From: a virus
Taxonomy: Duplodnaviria; Caudoviricetes
IMG/VR virus record: IMGVR_UViG_3300005512_000305
Coordinates: 1 to 25,087 of that record
DNA: 25,087 bases
Direction: 5' to 3' (one strand)
Part shown: piece after piece, positions 24,366 to 25,087 of the stretch
Numbering within the stretch: position 1 is the stretch's first letter
Layout of the letters: each line of letters opens with the position of its first letter
Position numbers and translations under genes: made by a program
The notes under the pieces: model-generated
Told to the model about the DNA's origin: nothing
What the model saw: the letters and a program-made list of their open reading frames with translations, nothing else
The model's database searches: none

Positions 24366-24973
24366 ACACCCGCCAACTCACGCTGACGCCGACGCTCAAC
24401 CTCCATACGCTTCTTCAACCGCCAATACTTACGCGCCTCACCATCCACATCAACACCATCCAACGACGCCAACACAGACACATACTCATCCGACAACCGC
24501 AACACCCTAAACAACGCCCGCATCAACGACTTCGGCATCGACCCATTACCCGCCTCAAACCTCCGCAACGACGTCGCAGACACCCGCAACAACGACGCAA
24601 ACCCCGCCACACTAGGATGCACCTCACGACGCCACGCAGAAAACGACCCATACCGCAACACCACCTCAGGCGGCAAAGCCAACACCGCCCGAGCCCGCGG
24701 AGACAACACAGCCTCCACCTCCCGCCACGCATTAGCCGACGACACCTCAAACCCCTCCAACCACACATCATAAACACGCCGCAACCGCGGCACATCCACA
24801 CCATTAACCTCCGCCAAAACCACAAACACCTCATCCCGCGGCGACTTAATCCGCCCCTGCTCCAAAGCATTAATCGCCCCACGCGACACACCACAACGCC
24901 TACCCAACTCCTCAGCAGACAAACCAGCACGCACACGAGCAACCCTCAAAGGATGCGACTCAATAACAGGCAT
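24362..24973 (-). CDS. XRE/Cro-family regulator with two HTH motifs
   Basis: LRVARVRAGLSAEELGRRCGVSRGAINALEQG and a second motif SVAGFASLLRVSATSLRRFEAG. Confidence 0.85.
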   Translation of the reverse strand: MPVIESHPLRVARVRAGLSAEELGRRCGVSRGAINALEQGRIKSPRDEVFVVLAEVNGVDVPRLRRVYDVWLEGFEVSSANAWREVEAVLSPRARAVLALPPEVVLRYGSFSAWRREVHPSVAGFASLLRVSATSLRRFEAGNGSMPKSLMRALFRVLRLSDEYVSVLASLDGVDVDGEARKYWRLKKRMEVERRRQRELAGV

Positions 24974-24980
24974 AACACTA

Positions 24981-24989
24981 ATACTATCA
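24981..24989 (-). promoter_or_regulatory. Extended -10 (TGATAGTAT) for leaderless mRNA of the minus-strand operon
   Basis: Lies 7 nt upstream of ATG 24973. Confidence 0.65.
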
Positions 24990-25087
24990 CAAAACGGTTA
25001 TACAGGCATTTGAAGTCACAAAAATTCAAGAACCCCCACCTATATATATCACGACGTTACGCCGACTGGACAACATGTCACGACGTT

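Noticed and set aside
23215-24942. Long alternate-frame ORFs (223, 100, 89 and 139 aa)
   Set aside because: By-products of extreme C/A skew, which depletes stop codons. The translations are low-complexity.
1-25087. CRISPR array, tRNA genes, integrase, transposase or intron
   Set aside because: No repeat-spacer array, canonical cloverleaf or mobile-element enzyme motifs were seen.

Overview
Part of a tailed dsDNA phage genome, most likely a podovirus-like phage of Actinobacteria. The host inference rests on an r1t-type holin, an M23 endolysin and several extended -10 promoters sitting 6-8 nt before start codons (leaderless mRNAs). The + strand carries the end of a probable portal gene, four small proteins (one HiPIP-like), a highly structured ~420-nt intergenic region, scaffold, major capsid, adaptor, nozzle-like protein, probable internal virion proteins, a ~3250-aa giant protein and a membrane protein. 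The - strand carries a double-HTH regulator, a terminase-small-like HTH protein, tail-associated and Gly-rich proteins, endolysin, holin and a DEDD exonuclease. Three highlights stand out. (1) The giant, probably injected protein contains a NADAR domain with apparently intact motifs, a degenerate DUF488 domain and possibly a split SLOG-like domain, suggesting a co-injected counter-defence against DNA ADP-ribosylation. (2) A stand-alone 24-aa microprotein with its own promoter and terminator resembles the redox-active C-terminal tail of ribonucleotide reductase. (3) A candidate structured ncRNA locus has a perfect 12-nt complement to the capsid mRNA leader. All family assignments come from motif recognition by eye, not from database searches.
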